A DNA stretch of 124,000 nt from Wallemia ichthyophaga EXF-994 (Eukaryota > Fungi > Basidiomycota), in the NCBI RefSeq assembly GCF_000400465.1, contig NW_008806277.1:144001-268000 (forward strand). The letters run 5' to 3'. Both the position numbers and the translations under genes were made by a program. Below are positions 104,021-118,555 of the stretch, piece after piece. The notes beneath the pieces are model-generated. The model was not told the DNA's origin, ran no database searches, and saw nothing but the letters and a program-made list of their open reading frames with translations. Position 1 is the stretch's first letter; each line of letters opens with the position of its first letter.

Positions 104021-105521
104021 ACTGTACTTTTCTTTTGAATATAATGACTTGTTCATTTCTTAGATCCCTAACTGCGGTGATTAGTCTGATACAGATTTCA
104101 ATTTAGTTAATGAAAACAATTTGACAATAGCCCTTATCTTCTCGCTCAGACCCTTTTTGAGAGATAACAAAGGAAACGTAGCAGTAAACAAACCTTTATT
104201 ATTAAAATTTACAGCCCTATCCACCTGTAGAACTCAAATAAATATGATTAACACCCATTTCTTATGTTCGTAAAAGTTTTCATCGCTGTATCTGTCGGTA
104301 GGTGTACTGTTGGAGGTGTTTTATTGACTACAAAACACCTACTAAAGCCTCAACCGTCTTCGCTGCTCCAATTGCATGCTCTGCCTCCTTCAATTCGATC
104401 GTCCAAGGAATCGGCTAGAACCCAGACTTCTACTTCGGCTCTCAACCCTTAAGTGCGAATACTCAAGACTTACAGCTAAAAGCTGATCATATTTCTCAAG
104501 TTGCGTTTACAATCGCGCGTTTAATCACGCGTTTCACTGACAAACGACGCGACTCTGGTGATCAAACAATTGACTTGGTTCTTCAAGTAAACTAACGAGC
104601 AAATCTCTGCTCATGGTACTGAAACTTGTGGTGTTACCCAAAGATGCTTAAAAGTACTTTTCTGAAGATATTTAGGTATTTTCGACCACCTCACACTAAA
104701 ACTCAAGATTGTGGTCGGTGAAGATCTAGTTTTGCCATCCGTGTTCTAGCCAATGGATAACGAAATCGAAGCGACGATTTTTGGTGTATAGTCAGACGTT
104801 ACCAACATTCAACAAATCATAAATGGCGCTCTGAACGACCTGGGTTTTGGTGATGTTGCCAGCCCACTGGAGAAGACGCTGAACGACAAATTTCCAGGGC
104901 TTCTAAACTTAAATGGCAATAAGCTCAACAAGGTTCTTGAAGGCGTGTCCTTTGTTGGTGACCATTTGTTATCGATTGAATTGTGGATAGTCGGGATGAC
105001 TGGGGCAAAATCAGTCACGCTAATGTAATTAATTGAATGACATGTAACGATAACCGCCAATTTACTTGGCAAATTGTGACACTTGATCAGCACCGATGGT
105101 CGTGTCTAGGTACGAGGCCTGACATTTTGAGGATTGCACGTCGATCAAGTTGAAGATAATGGAAGGCAATGACTGATAGCTGCAGTCTATGCTTATTTTT
105201 ATTAGCCTGCAGATAAAAGTGGAGGTCTGTCATAGTCTCAGGCGTGTGGGTGTCATTAAGGGATGTCCGCGGGTGCTTTCAGGGAGCAGTATAAATGAAA
105301 AGCGGCTAAATGTGTCAAAGAAAAGACTTTAGCTTCTTAAAATTCTCTGTAAAACCTATGGACGATGTTGAGCAAAGCCACACTCAGCCAAAAGAAGGAA
105401 TGTGGATGAGATTTAATATGTGTGCCAATCGAATCAAATGTATAATCACTCACAATACATCTCCACCCTTACTGCTCTTTATCGTAATTTCCCGACTTCG
105501 TCTTCTCGCCCGTTCATCACT

Positions 105522-106331
105522 ATGATAAAGAACTTGCGCTGCTTTGGTACATCTTGCAGGACGCAGGCTGTGCTTGGTCCGAAAGGAGCGCAAAATCAAG
105601 TTTATCGCTGGGAGAGCTCCAAGCCAGACGATAGCGCAACTCCAAAGCTTGAGATTGAGAGTAAGCGGAGATGGCTGGCATATATGCGCATGGAAGAGTT
105701 TGAGCTGCCAAAGCTAGAGAGTGCGTTGTTTCATGTTATAGAATACCTCTGACATGCATTAGAATACAAAAAGGAATTCGTACCGCCAGCCGACGACCAA
105801 GTTGTAAAGGTGAGGACACTCGAATATCTCAATCAAAAGCCACACCCAGCATCCGTGAAATCTGTCATTTCCGTTAAAATCAAAGATCTTCCTCTCACGG
105901 ATGGATCGTGTAAGCACAAGGCTAAACTTCTCGCAGGCCCTCGCTGGTCAGGGCCACAATCAAGCATATTAAATGGCAAACTTATAGAAGATATTGACGG
106001 TGAGGTTAAGATAAGCTCAGAAAATTTCCCACATAGGGCACAGAATGTCAGATGGTGCTCTGACAAGCTGCAGTTACTGATAAAGGAGTCAAACGTGAGC
106101 AGCCAGTTCGAAGGCGTCCACTCGCTAACAAGACTTTTACAGGATAAAAGCTACAACTTTGATGACATTCCTTTAGATACTCGTCACGTTATTCGCAGAA
106201 TCCGCAAGTCAAGGCGTGGTGGACATAAGATGGAGAACTTGGCAGGTGCGCAGCAGGGGCGTAGGCCGACAAAGTATGATATGCCGGAGGAGTGGATTGA
106301 AGAGGCCAAATTAGCGTTATCACAAAAGTGA
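105522..106331 (+). CDS. RSM24: Mitochondrial ribosomal protein mS35 (Rsm24)
   Basis: EFVPP, HPASVKSV, HKAKLLAGPRW, KISSENFP.RAQN, FDDIPLDTRH. Confidence 0.82.
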
Positions 106332-106592
106332 TGTCGTAGAGAATGTGATATGTTTTTACCAAAAAAAAAGATCACGAGAAAGAGAGCTGTGTTAATGATC
106401 ATATCTATACTGGTATTCCTATAATGAAGAGTTCCTAAAACATTTAATGTGTATGCATGTCCGAAAATGTCTCCAAGGTGACATTTCTGTCTTTGAATGC
106501 TTTGAAGATGGGGATTGAGTATGGAATGCAGATTCCGATCTTTATTCAATTTAAAGAATTGTAAGTAGCAGTGCTCTTAAACAACAATTACA

Positions 106593-107598
106593 ATGACCAA
106601 CATGATTCTCTCACCTCCAGCAACGCCTATGTTCACCGAGATGAAGGACACTCCAGAGAACTTGTCTTCGTTTGTGCAGACATTCGTTGCATCAACGTTC
106701 CCTCCATCCAAGAAGCAGATGCAGACAAACATATACACACCACCCGCCTCTCCAATGTCACCGCAATTCAACCAAGGTCCACACTCTGAGCTTCAAGACT
106801 TTGCATACTATATAATAACGCGTGCTGAGCTCTGCACAGAAGCAGCGCTATGCGCATTGGCTCTGTTAGCACGTCTTCGCAGAAGATTGCCTCGCGCAAG
106901 AGCTGAATCAGGTCCAAGACTCTTCCTTGCCGCTATGATTGTCGCATCCAAGGGACTCTTCGATATCGCATACAATAACCCTGGATGGTATGAAATAGCT
107001 GCAGGCTGTCCTGCTATTGAAGCAGACTTTGCCTTGGCAGACATTAACTTGAGTAAGTTAAATTTTTACAAATTGCGACTAAATTGACGAATCATTAGTG
107101 GAGCGCCAGCTGCTAGCACACTTGGATTATCGTGTTGCCGTATTTGGTGATGAAATTCTCGCTTTACGTAGAATATACACCACTGGATCAGTACAGCAAC
107201 CATTGGTGAAATCGCAATCTACCAACACGTCAATCAACAGCCTCATCACGCCACCACCATCACCGCTAGATATGCCATTCTTAGATCAATCACAGTCACA
107301 ATCGCAATCGCAGTCACAATCATTCAATGAACCAGTGCCACCACCACGCCCATACAAGTCACGCGTCAGAAATTCAATTGGAGGTACACAAGATATTCAG
107401 CAATATCAAACATTCGCTGAGCCAATGACAATTTATGCGAGAAGACCGCGTGCAGTACCACTGCCACCACTGTTGCCTGTTCAATCGAGCGCATGTTCAA
107501 TGGAGACAGGACCATTCACAGCACCTATTAATAGCCAAGCACCACAGTATCCTCAGTCATTTGAGAATACAACACGCTCACACCGTCGCTGGCTCTAA
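106593..107598 (+). CDS. Pho85-type cyclin (Pcl-like)
   Basis: Cyclin box: IITRAELC..AALCALALLARL, RLFLAAMIVASK, INL|MERQLLAHLDY. Confidence 0.72.
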
Positions 107599-107791
107599 AT
107601 GAGACACGAGAACAACAACGACATTCACGGACACTCAGCTTTCTTAAATTATCAAATGACATACCCACGGCAAATACTGTAAATCAATTTTAATCGGATT
107701 CCAAAAAGTAGAATACATTCTTTTTAATAATTTCTATATAAAATAACGCTTGTGTGTTTACAATCAACTCGACGCGACGTGAACAAATGAA

Positions 107792-109213
107792 ATGTCGAAG
107801 TCGCTGCAAGATCTAGACGTTCTCTCGCATGTTCTTAAGCAGAGATTGCTAAAAGGTTGATCCCTTCTCATCGCGTTTCGGTGGCAATCGATTAACGTCA
107901 TTTGCAGCTGATCTAATTGACCCTTTTGAAGTTTTGGTTATGGACACTGGCAATTTATCAAAGAGGCTAAATATGTCTGCTTCAGAATGTCAAAAACTCA
108001 TCGACGTCGTTGCGCTTGGTGCTTTTCCTGATGTAGAGGATTGGACAAGTCGATTTAATTCGATGGACAGTTTCACGAGCGGTGACAGCGCGATAGATGA
108101 TGTACTTGGTGGTGGTATACGCGAGCAGTCTCTACTTGAGATAGTTGGAGCATCGTAAGTGGATTTGGTGTAATTGCACACACCCACTTAAATACCGTCT
108201 ACAGCTCCGTTGGCAAGTCGCAGCTAACAATGCAATCTCTCGTTACAGTTCAGCTGCCTTTCGAAGAAGGTGGTTTGGACGCACGCGCAATACTGATACA
108301 CGCAAGTAAGGCACCGCCAACAGAACGGCTGAGTACAATCGCGCGTACATATTTTCCAGAATCGCATCCGAACGATATTCTATCAAACATATCTCTTCTC
108401 CATGTGAGGGATTTTCAGTGTTTGCAGCACGCGTTAGATTTTTTCATACCGCGATTTTTGGTAGACGGAACAAAAAGCAAACCAGTCAGATTGATTGCAG
108501 TAGATTCTCTCGGAGAGCTTAGTAGGCAATTTGATTCGAATGCGCATGGACTCGCGCAGAGGAATGCATCGCTGTTGCGAGTAGTTGATAGCTGTAAGCG
108601 ACTTATACACAAGTACAGACTATCGCTCGTTGTTGTGAATGGAGTCAGTGAGGCTATACAAGAAAATCAGATAGCGACGATGAATAGCTATGGTGTTCAG
108701 TCGCGTGCTTTCTCTGGACAGTCTGTACATAGCACCAAACAAGCCCAATTGGGATTAATATGGGCACACAACGTTCAAACGCGCTTGATGCTGGTAAGGA
108801 CGCTGCGAAAAGTCCATGTGAAGGTAACGGAGTCAGAGATAAGGATGAGTTCAACAGCAAATGGCGAAGCTGAAGCACGACTACCTATGCCACCAAAGGT
108901 AGAAGAAAGTGTAATGAATATTGATAGGCGGTTCAAGAAACCTCGCAAAGATGAAACATTTGCTGTGCACAAGCGCAGAGCTCACGTCGTATACTCAACA
109001 TACCTGAGTGGAGGAAAGTGCGAGTTTTATATACTCCCAATTGGAGTAAGGTCGGTAGAAATGACAAGACCAGATAGAAGAAAAGGATCACCAGTTCCAA
109101 CATGCGCTCTCACACCGGCAATCAGTCAGTCGCATACGCAATCGATAGATGACGATGAAGCAAAGATCTGGGCATCGATATCGTTCAGTGATGGGGACGA
109201 GGAGGATCTTTAG
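107792..109213 (+). CDS. RAD57: Rad51 paralog Rad57/XRCC3
   Basis: TSGDSAIDDVLGGGI, EIVGASSVGKSQL (Walker A), LIAVDS, LGLIWAHNVQTRLML. Confidence 0.85.
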
Positions 109214-109272
109214 CATAGATTAATATAAAAATGTAAATTATTGAGCATTGTTGATAACACTCAGTCATCATC

Positions 109273-110497
109273 ATGTATAAACTGAAAAACACGCTAGCGG
109301 GGCATAAGAGGAGTGTAAATAGGGCAAGATTTAGTAACAGTGGCAAATATCTCGCGTCAGCGGGTGTGTAAAAGGTTTAAGTATCACCTACCAACCTAAT
109401 GCTCAACAAGGCGCAGATAAAACTGTGAAAGTTTGGAATATAGAGAAAGGGTTTTTACTAGAGAATTTTGAAGAACACGAGGATGGGGTGAATGACGTTT
109501 GCTGGTCATCGAATGATAGATATATCGCTAGTGGATCTGATGATAGATCAATAATACTGTGGTCGATAGAAGGCGTAAGAAACAAGGATCACGCCGTAAA
109601 AGTACTCAAAGGACACACAAATTATGTCTTGTGCGTTTGTTACAATCCACAGTGCAATCTATTAGCAAGTGGATCTTTTGACGAGACAGTGAGAATTTGG
109701 GATGTGCTGAGAGGTATGCTAACTGTTATTAACGTGTTAATTTAAATTATAAGCAGGAAAATGTTTGAGAACTATATCAGCACATTCAGATCCAGTAACA
109801 TCGATAGACTTTAGCAATGATAGCTCGTATATAGCTAGCTGCTCGATGGATGGACTGATGTAGGGGTTTGCTAGTGTCTCGTGGCATAGCTCGTGACGTG
109901 GGTAGCTAACACATTCTGTCAGACGTATATGGGATATTTGGTCAGGACAATGCTTGAAGACATTAGTCGATGAGTCAAACAAACAAGCGACATTTTTAAA
110001 ATTCTCACCCAACTCTCAATACCTCTTAAGCGCATCATTAGATCATATGGTGAAACTATGGGCATATGCTAGTAAAGAACGACCTATTCGAACATACACA
110101 GGACACGATAATAGCATTTACGCACAGTCGATTGATTTCGGCTACTTTAAGGAGAAGAGGTGTGTCATTGCTGGTTCTGAGGATGGCAAGGTGTTTGTTT
110201 GGGATTTGCAGACAAAGGAGGTTTTGCACAGTTTTACTGCACATAAAGGTGGGTGTGATATAATATAGTGATCAAGGCATTATTGACAAAGTAGACGCCG
110301 TTATTAACGTTGATTCACATTCACGATTACCACTGATATGCAGCTGCTCATTGGAAAAAGAGTGAGTGGGTATTCAACGTTAATCAAAACTAACTTGAAC
110401 CAGTCTGACAATAAAGATTTGGGAGTATGTACCAGGTGATACTGAAATGATTGAAGATAGTAATGTACCATCGAATGAAGTTATGAATGATGATTGA
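109273..110497 (+). CDS. SWD3: WDR5/Swd3-like WD40 protein
   Basis: GHTNYVLCVCYNPQCNLLASGSFDETVRIWD, AHSDPV, GSEDGKVFVWDLQTKE. Confidence 0.82.
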
Positions 110498-110547
110498 AAT
110501 GGTATCACATTGAGAATACAATTGAGTCAAATGAAATGCAAGTTGAG

Positions 110548-111807
110548 CTAATCATTTCTAGGACAATCCAAAGCGAAGAGTGGGAAGGGATAGATATCTT
110601 GATCGAGTAGACCGGCATACTCACCACTAATATTGACATCGCCAGATTTATCATTGACTTTGTTAGCTAGTGATGGAGATAGATGAGCAAAATGTTGGAT
110701 GAGGGGAGGTAAAAGCTTGTTGGAAGACTTTTCGTCTAAATCTATGACAACATATAAGTAGTCTGTTGGTAAACCATATCTCAGGACAGATTCGATGTAT
110801 AATCTGAGGAATTTAATATGAGCCAGAGCTTGGAATGTTTCAGAGAAGACGACTTTTAGTAGTTGAGTGAACTTTTTGTATTGGAATTTTTCTTTATCGC
110901 GGGCGTCTTGAAGTTGTTTTGATGACTCTTGTCCTAATGAGGGGTCGAATTGAAATTCACGAACAATGAACCTGTTTTCGCGACAAGCTTGAGAGAAGTC
111001 TTGCTTATACTTGCGGAAAACAGAAACATTAACAAGGGCAAATTCACTGTCTGTCGTAATAACGCTGTGGGGGAGGGTGTAAGAAGGTGAGAGTGAATTG
111101 AAGATGGTAGAACCTACTTGGATGATCTGGGTACAACCATCTTGCCCATTCTTTCATAAGAATTAAACCAATCTTTGAGGTTATTTCTGTTATTGACGTT
111201 AGAAAGTGGATAGGCACGGCAACGCAGCAACTTGCAAAGGGACAGCAATGAATAGAGATTGTAGAAATTCAGAATCAACGACATGAGATTGAGAAATGAT
111301 ACCAGCTAAGGATTTAGTTGAGAGATTGCCTAATTGTTTACGTTCAAGTTGGTTGAGAGAGCCTTTCGCGATTTGATAGTCTTGTTGATGATTTTTAAAG
111401 TCTAAATTATGAGAGTTGACGTTGTTTACGATGGCATGAGAAATATCAAATAGATTAGAATTATTGCGTTTGTATTTATAGTTATTCCATTTGAAATCGT
111501 TTAGGTATTCCTTCGGAGGGATTTGATCAATGGATAAAGAACTTGTGACGTTTAAGCTATCGGAAGACTCCAAGTAATTTTGAAGGAAAGAAGAAATGTG
111601 ATGATCGAGTTGATCAAGCTGTTCAGACAAAGAAATGGAAGCAGCTAAAGAGCTATATTTGAATGCAGGTAACTCAATCGTATGGATTGAAGTCGAAGGG
111701 TTTTGAATAGAGTTTGATTTTATAATGGCAGCCTTTAAATTTGAAATTAAATTAAATTTGTTTTCGTTCTTGATTGGAATTGAAATTAAATAAAATAAAT
111801 CCTTCAT
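110548..111807 (-). CDS. VMA5: V-ATPase subunit C
   Basis: FKWNNYKY, GNLSTKSL, SEFLQSLFIAVP, RENRFIVREF, IESVLRYGLP. Confidence 0.88.
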
Positions 111808-111937
111808 GGTGGTTGTGGATGTGGTGGGTGTGCATGATACAAGGTTCACAAGTACAATCAAGGGGTAATATAAAATGTAATTAATACTGCTATACGCATA
111901 CACACACACCAACTAAACTCACAGGGCTAAACTCACA

Positions 111938-112591
111938 ATGAAAAAGATTAAAAACCGCGAATCAATCCACCCAGGTTCACGTAAGGCTGAGCAAGTTACA
112001 AGGGTAAACCTGCGTTTGAATAAGCTGGATCAGAAGAAAAAGGCTTTGAATACTGATAAGAGTAACAAGATGGCTAGGTATCATTACTTGGCAAATAGAA
112101 TATCACAGCTAGAACCACAGCCTACAAGGATAAGCCTGGAAGATCTTCACAGTCTAGTTATACAATACATTGATAGAGATGATGATATTTATAATCAACT
112201 TAAATCTGATAGGGAGATTAGAGATAGTAAGTTAAAGAGATACTCAGGCAAAACAGCTAGAGAGGGTGAAATTGAATCTAGAAAGGAGAGAGAGTTATCA
112301 GAGTTTAATAGTGGATTCGTAGTACCAGATTTAACTGATAATATCACAATGGATTTGTTCAAACAATTTCCAAGTGCTCGTAAAATATCAAAGAAAACAA
112401 AGGGGAAAACTCATTCAAGTCAAGTGAACCAGGATAATTCTGATAATCAACAGCTAGATGAAGATGAATTATCAAAGCATGGATTAGATTTCAATTACCT
112501 CCCCCAGCTAAAGTTGATAAGAGTTTATTCAAATGATAATTCTAGATCTGATTTATTCCAATCTGGCCAGAATCCTATCTATAATAAATAG
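111938..112591 (+). CDS. TMA16: Translation machinery-associated protein 16
   Basis: IHPGSRKA, YIDRDD, EFNSGFVVPDL. Confidence 0.82.
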   Translation: MKKIKNRESIHPGSRKAEQVTRVNLRLNKLDQKKKALNTDKSNKMARYHYLANRISQLEPQPTRISLEDLHSLVIQYIDRDDDIYNQLKSDREIRDSKLKRYSGKTAREGEIESRKERELSEFNSGFVVPDLTDNITMDLFKQFPSARKISKKTKGKTHSSQVNQDNSDNQQLDEDELSKHGLDFNYLPQLKLIRVYSNDNSRSDLFQSGQNPIYNK

Positions 112592-112647
112592 CTTATTTTG
112601 TATTTTAATTTTTATCCCTCTTAAACATCTTCAATCATCAAGTCAAT

Positions 112648-115115
112648 ATGCCCATCAGACAGCTTGAATCTTTCATAAATGAAAAGAAATTAAGTAAATC
112701 CACTTCGCTTTCTTCTTTAAGGGATACAAGATTAGGCATTGAAATGCAAACTTATTTGAATAGGCTGTTTGTAGATCCAAATTCAAAGGAACCTTTAGTC
112801 GCTGCTATGGGTGGTCATCCACTCGCTTTAATGGCTCACATCGAATCCGATCTAAGACTCCTCGAAAAATGGCACATCAAACCAATTTTCATCTTTAACG
112901 GTTTACAGCCTTCCAGAAAAATGAGATCTGGTTATACCGACTCTAGATCAACAATACGCTCAAATGGTTGGTCGGCTTATGAACAAGGTAGAATCGATGA
113001 CTCAATAAATAGCTTCGGTCAAAGGCAAAACATATTTCAACCCGATCTATTACGCCTTATTCATAAACTATTCAGACAACGTCACGTTGACTTTATCACT
113101 GCCCCTTACGTTTCTTGGCCTCAATCTGTATACCTCCTTACTCACCCAAATTCTTACATTCACGCTATTTTTGGTGCAACTGAACACCTCCTTTACCCAC
113201 AAACTGATAAATTAATTACCTCCATCGATTTGAAGAGAGGTTTCTTCAATTGGATTTCAAAGAAATCCTTATTAAACGAGTTAAGATTATCCGATGATCA
113301 ATTCTTTGACGTTGGTTTACTAGCTGGCATTGATATTTGCCCCACTTTCCCTCCTGCAAATCAGCAATTCGATTTCAAGCAAATCGTTGAAACTGTCAGG
113401 CAAGCAAAATCCGGTTGGGTCGCTGTACAAAACTTTATTCAATCTCAACAATCAAATGGTCACGAATCTTCCTATTACGTTGATTCCTATCAAAAAGCTG
113501 TCATCATCTTGAACTTTTCCTTCGTCTTATCAGCTGAGGAAGGTCGCGTTTTACCTTTACCTTTGGCAATTCCCCCTCCATCTCCACAACCTGCTCTCTC
113601 TTCTGCTGATATTCCTTCCGATTTAGCTGACGTTTTCTCACCTCGTCTACCTGATGAGGTTTACTTTCATTTGTGTAGAGGTTTGATCGGTCCTTGGCCT
113701 ATTAACACTCTCGCACAAGGTGGCTTCCAAGAAATGCCTCCATTATGCAATGGCGAGACTCAGGAATACAAAAGCTTCGTTAAGGATTACATTACAGAGT
113801 CTAACTTTGGTCCAAGAGCTGTTGCTATTGCTTTGATTGCTTCTGCTTTACATCCATTTTGGCGTAACAGACAGGTTCATGCTCACTATTACTTCCATAA
113901 CCACTCCACACTCGTACCACACAACTCTTCAACAACTACCGATCTTATAAAGAGAATTGAACATTGGAATGTTCCTTCTCGTGTCATTGAGGATGAATTG
114001 AGGAGACAGAATTCTTCAACTATCGATTTTGCCCTTTGTCTTGGTGCTACAAGTGGTGACAAATTTGCTGAAAGAACTATAACAATCAAGCCATCAAATG
114101 GTCCTGTTTTACATAAGAAGGATGAAATTGTTGCAAATACCATATGGCGGTTTTTGGAATTAAGATCGTACGTATGCACGCTGTTCTAATAGCTAACAAC
114201 CTAACCCGAATGATAGCTTCCTCACACCTCAACACACTCACACACCCTTCGGACGTGCGATGCATAATGCACTCACAGTGTCAAGACTTAATGACAAGTT
114301 CCAAGAGCCACTTGTACTTCTTGTCGAGCTTTTGCGTGCTCGTGTTCTCCATGATCGTCACTTTTCAAATATACAATTCTCAGGTGGTCCATCACTTGGT
114401 AGTGAAGATGATAAGAGAAGTATGCTGTTGATATACCGTACACTCTCCATTGTTCCACTTCATTTCAAAGTCAGTTGAGTGTTAAGTGCGAGTACACACC
114501 CATCTAATACCCTCAATCAGGCAGAGCATTGGTCAGGACCATTATCTAGGGAGCTGCTCGTCTTCAACTCTTTCCACAAGTCACTTTCAAGGTCTTTAAG
114601 AACGCTCGTCGAATCTATCACCATCAACGCCTTCCTCAAGAACAACGCAAAGAGAGCACGTGAAGATTATCTTGATATTGCGCTCTCATTACCATTCCAA
114701 AATGATACCAACACTGGATTTGGTATATTTATTAAGGTGAGTTTGGCTTGGATGTTTTAGTGGAGTGTTATTGACTAAGAATCACAGATTTACTTAGATG
114801 CATTGACAACATTCGCAGAAGGCAGCATTACAGAAGAAAACAAAGACAGTGACTTTGTAAATGAAGCCAAACAGTCAGCTATTGAGGTTTTGGGTGACGC
114901 CATACCCAACGTGAAGAACCCAGAGTCAGAACTTATGCGAGGATTTAGATTTTGGGATGCTGTAGGTGCTTAGATGCTTGCACAACTAACCAACTGACAA
115001 AAAACAGGTTCTTGTTTGTGTGCGCACTCTCAAAGCAGACAAAGCGATTGATATAAAACTGGCTGAATCATTCGAAGGAGCCAACAGCTACCTTGACATG
115101 ATGAGACCAAATTGA
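112648..115115 (+). CDS. MKT1: Mkt1 (XPG/PIN-like post-transcriptional regulator)
   Basis: LRDTRLGIE, PIFIFNGL, ITAPY.SWPQ.VYL, GLLAG, PRLPDEVYFHL. Confidence 0.85.
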
Positions 115116-115180
115116 TCAACCAGTTTTATGCAGTTTATACATATGATTGAAATGAAATGAAATTTATTGTGAAAATGTCT

Positions 115181-115550
115181 CTAATTTTCTTTTGATTTGG
115201 CTTCAAGGAACTTTTCAAGGTCAAATGATGGATTCTCAGGGTCAGTGATTACTGTTGAGCTTTAGTGTGTAAATCACATAACTAGGGCAGATTACTCACA
115301 TCCATTGCTACTCTTTGATGGCTTCTTCTCGATCCAAGCTTTACGTGCCTTCTCAATGACTTGTTGGTGGTGCTTCTCAGCCAAGTGCTCCTCCTCTTGT
115401 GCTTGAATCTTATGCACAGAACGCAGGTGTACTGCACCGTATACAACACCCGTGGCAAGTGCTGTCCAGCGAACAACCTAGTAGCGAATTAATGAGCTAA
115501 ATCAACCAAACTAAAACCACAGCGCCCACGTTTTGTGTAACCGATGCCAT
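115181..115550 (-). CDS. TIM11: Mitochondrial ATP synthase subunit e
   Basis: Spliced: MASVTQNVVRWTALATGVVYG...EKARKAW...VITDPENPSFDLEKFL. Confidence 0.85.
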
Positions 115551-115685
115551 CGTCGTTGATCGTTTGAGTTTAAGTGAGTCGATTTAAACGTTGACGCCGG
115601 GAAACTTTTTTCAATCTTGATAAATGCATAAAGAGTAATTAAAATGAGTTTAAAAAATAATTTAAATTAAAAGTTAGTACTCTCT

Positions 115686-116929
115686 CTAAACATGACGGCT
115701 TTGAAACTGTGTGGTGGGGTTAGTTGGCGTGAGCTGGTTTCTAGAATATACAGCGCAAGACTCACAATTCGTAAGATAACCAACATAAAGCATTCGATGG
115801 CATATGGGTGAGCATACGTGGTGCCCACCCTCTAAAGAATCCCTTGGCACCATTGCGCTCATACACAATCGACCATGCCTCCATTATACCAGATGCATTT
115901 CTTACGCGCATATCTTCAACTGGTGCATTACCACGTGTCTGAAGCACTGTCTTGGCTACGTCTAGTGGCGTTGTGAGGAGTGCTGCAACGGCTCCGGCTG
116001 CTGCACCCGACACACCGTGCGATACTGGTGAGTAGTTGTTCTGTGGATTGAGTATCTTTTTTGTGGATTCATAGGTGGAGAACTGCACGGCTGTGAACGG
116101 AACAGTCATCATGCTATGGGTGGGGGATGAATATAGGATTGTCTCAGCACTCCATACTCACAGTGTCGTTGGATATGAGACGTAGAAAGCCGAGAGTCCT
116201 TCTGTCTTGAGAAGTGTTCTAGCACACGAGCGCACTGTTTTAAATTTCGAGTCCTCGACCTGCATTCTCTGCTTAATCACTGTGATGCGGTGTTAAAAAA
116301 ATAGTGTAACTAGACTGACGCACCATCGAATGGGTTCATCAAAGCATCAGCAGCTATCGTCGCCGAAGCACCGGCCAACGCTATAAACAACGCTCGTCAG
116401 CACTGGAAAACGTTCGCGCTGTGTACCTTACCGGTAGGCAGCACCTGGTGACCCTCTCTGTTGCCTCCCGACAGATCCTTCATAGCCTCGTAAACGCCGA
116501 AATAAACAGCGTGTGCTGGACCAGCGCCAATAACAACTGAACTGACACCTCTCCACAACGATCTGAGTCCTTCGGTCGAAGAAACCCTATTGAAAGCCGA
116601 ATTTACAGACGAGTAAGCGAGTGCTTTGGATGAAGTTGGTGATGTCTGTATTACTTGCATACGTGTCTGTTGAATGAATAGCATAAGCAGGATACATCGT
116701 TGGTGGATAGACTAAACGACTAACTTTGATACTGTCGACGGGATACATGAATGCATGCTCCGATATACCTGCCAACGCTCCTGCGAATGCATGTATACCC
116801 CAAGAAGCAGTCTCTGGCAATGCTTCGTAATCAGGCTCTTCAACGACGGGAGCGGCTTCCTGAGGCTGTCAAATTTGTTATTCTGTGATGCTTTTGGTGG
116901 TGCTCTATGCTAACATTGGCAATTGACAT
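115686..116929 (-). CDS. MRS3: Mitoferrin (mitochondrial iron carrier)
   Basis: AGALAGISEHAFMYPVDSIK, LWRGVSSVVIGAGPAHAVYF, TVPFTAVQF, TTPLDVAKT. Confidence 0.9.
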
Positions 116930-117342
116930 TTCTTCCCGCTTATTTGCTTGTCTTTGTACGACCTGCGAAGACAAGATGTCGTTGGGCGCGGTTGAGTTGA
117001 TGGATGATCAAAGATCAATTTTAAATTTCGTGGCGGCGTCGTTGTGCACTTTATGTATTGGCAATGTGTCGTTTTACTGTAACGCCCTTCACAGCTTCGT
117101 GCGCGGTGAATGCTGGAATCACTCAGTGAACGCCAACGTCACGATGACGCAGGTGTTGCGTTGATCAGAAATGAATGGCTGGAAATATGCGCAGGTACTG
117201 GGAAAGACTAAGAGTCACTCAAAGCCACAGCTATCGCTCTGTATGCGTCCCAGGCGACACTTGCTCACAAAACGCGGACGGCGTACAGCCAGTCTGTCTT
117301 GTAGGTGTAAATGTGGATAACACCTCTTGAACCCCTTCAATC

Positions 117343-118555
117343 ATGGTCCTCGCTGCAATCGTCCAGTTCTGTGCACGTCACAACGTGAAAGACAACACAT
117401 TGCGCTGCGTGGATGCGATAAAATGTGCTGCCGGTAAAGGTGCCAAAGTGGGTTGTTTGCGTCGAAATACACGTGACGCTCATTCCGCAGGCAATCTTTC
117501 TGCCTGAAGCCAGCGATTTTATTGGCCAAGGTGACGCCTACAACAGGCTGTCTGAGCCATTAGAGAGTGGCTACTTCATGAGTGCAGTCAGAGACGCCGC
117601 GAAAGCGTCAGAGCTTTGGGTGTCTGTGTGTGTCCACGAAGCCGGTGGCTCGGACGGTCGCTGCTTCAACACCCAAGTACTCATCAGCGACAAAGGTTCT
117701 ATCGAATCTTCTTATAGGAAGGTGGGTCTATGTATTGATGTTGGTGTATACTCGCTGATTCCGCCAGATACACCTCTTTGACGTGAAGGATGTTGGGCCT
117801 GGCAATACGCCAGTGCTTGAAAGCGCTTCCACAGAGCCTGGTAGGCGTGTCGAGCAGCCGCGTCACACGCCATTCGGGAGAAGTGTGTATGTTCTTTGCG
117901 GCTGGCAACACTGACAAGTATGCATGCAGCCGGCATGCTCACCTGCTATGATCTGAGGTGGGCGACGTTTTGATAAAGCAACGAGACGATTAAACCAGTG
118001 GCAGATTCCCAGAGGTCAGCTTGATGCTGAGGGAGAAGGGTGCCGACGTCATCACATACCCCAGCAGCTTCGCAGTGAAGACGGTAAGTAGACGTTTTGC
118101 GCTGTTCAGGAACTGGAGCTACGACTTCAAATACTGATCCAAGATAGGGCAGGGCGCACTGGGGTATGTAAAGCACTCTCAACTCTGACACACTCACCGA
118201 TACGTGCAGAAACACTTCTCAGAGCCAGAGCTATCGAGACACAATGCTATGTGATAGCAGCAGCACAGGCGTGAGTTTGATCTTGCACTAAAACACCCTC
118301 TAATGATGCAGTGGCGTGCACACCCACGCCGGTAGAACATCCTATGGTAGATCCATGGTTGTTAATCCCTGGGGTGGGATTGTTACGCAGCTGGGCGCTT
118401 GCAATACAGATCCCAAGCCATACGATGATACCCAACCTCTTCCTGACACACCTACTGAAATCGCTTACTTTGACATCGATCTAGAGGAAATACAGAAAGT
118501 ACGCGCTGCAATGCCACTCCAGCAACAGCGTAGACATGACATTTATGCTGCTTGA
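117343..118555 (+). CDS. NIT2: Nitrilase-family deaminated glutathione amidase (yeast Nit2 / mammalian Nit1)
   Basis: FLPEASD, YRKIHLFDV, CYDLRFPE, ARAIETQCY, RTSYG. Confidence 0.88.

Noticed and set aside
104700-105170. Coding-like minus-strand fragments between NDUFA2 and RSM24
   Set aside because: Could not assemble an open spliced frame or recognise a family.
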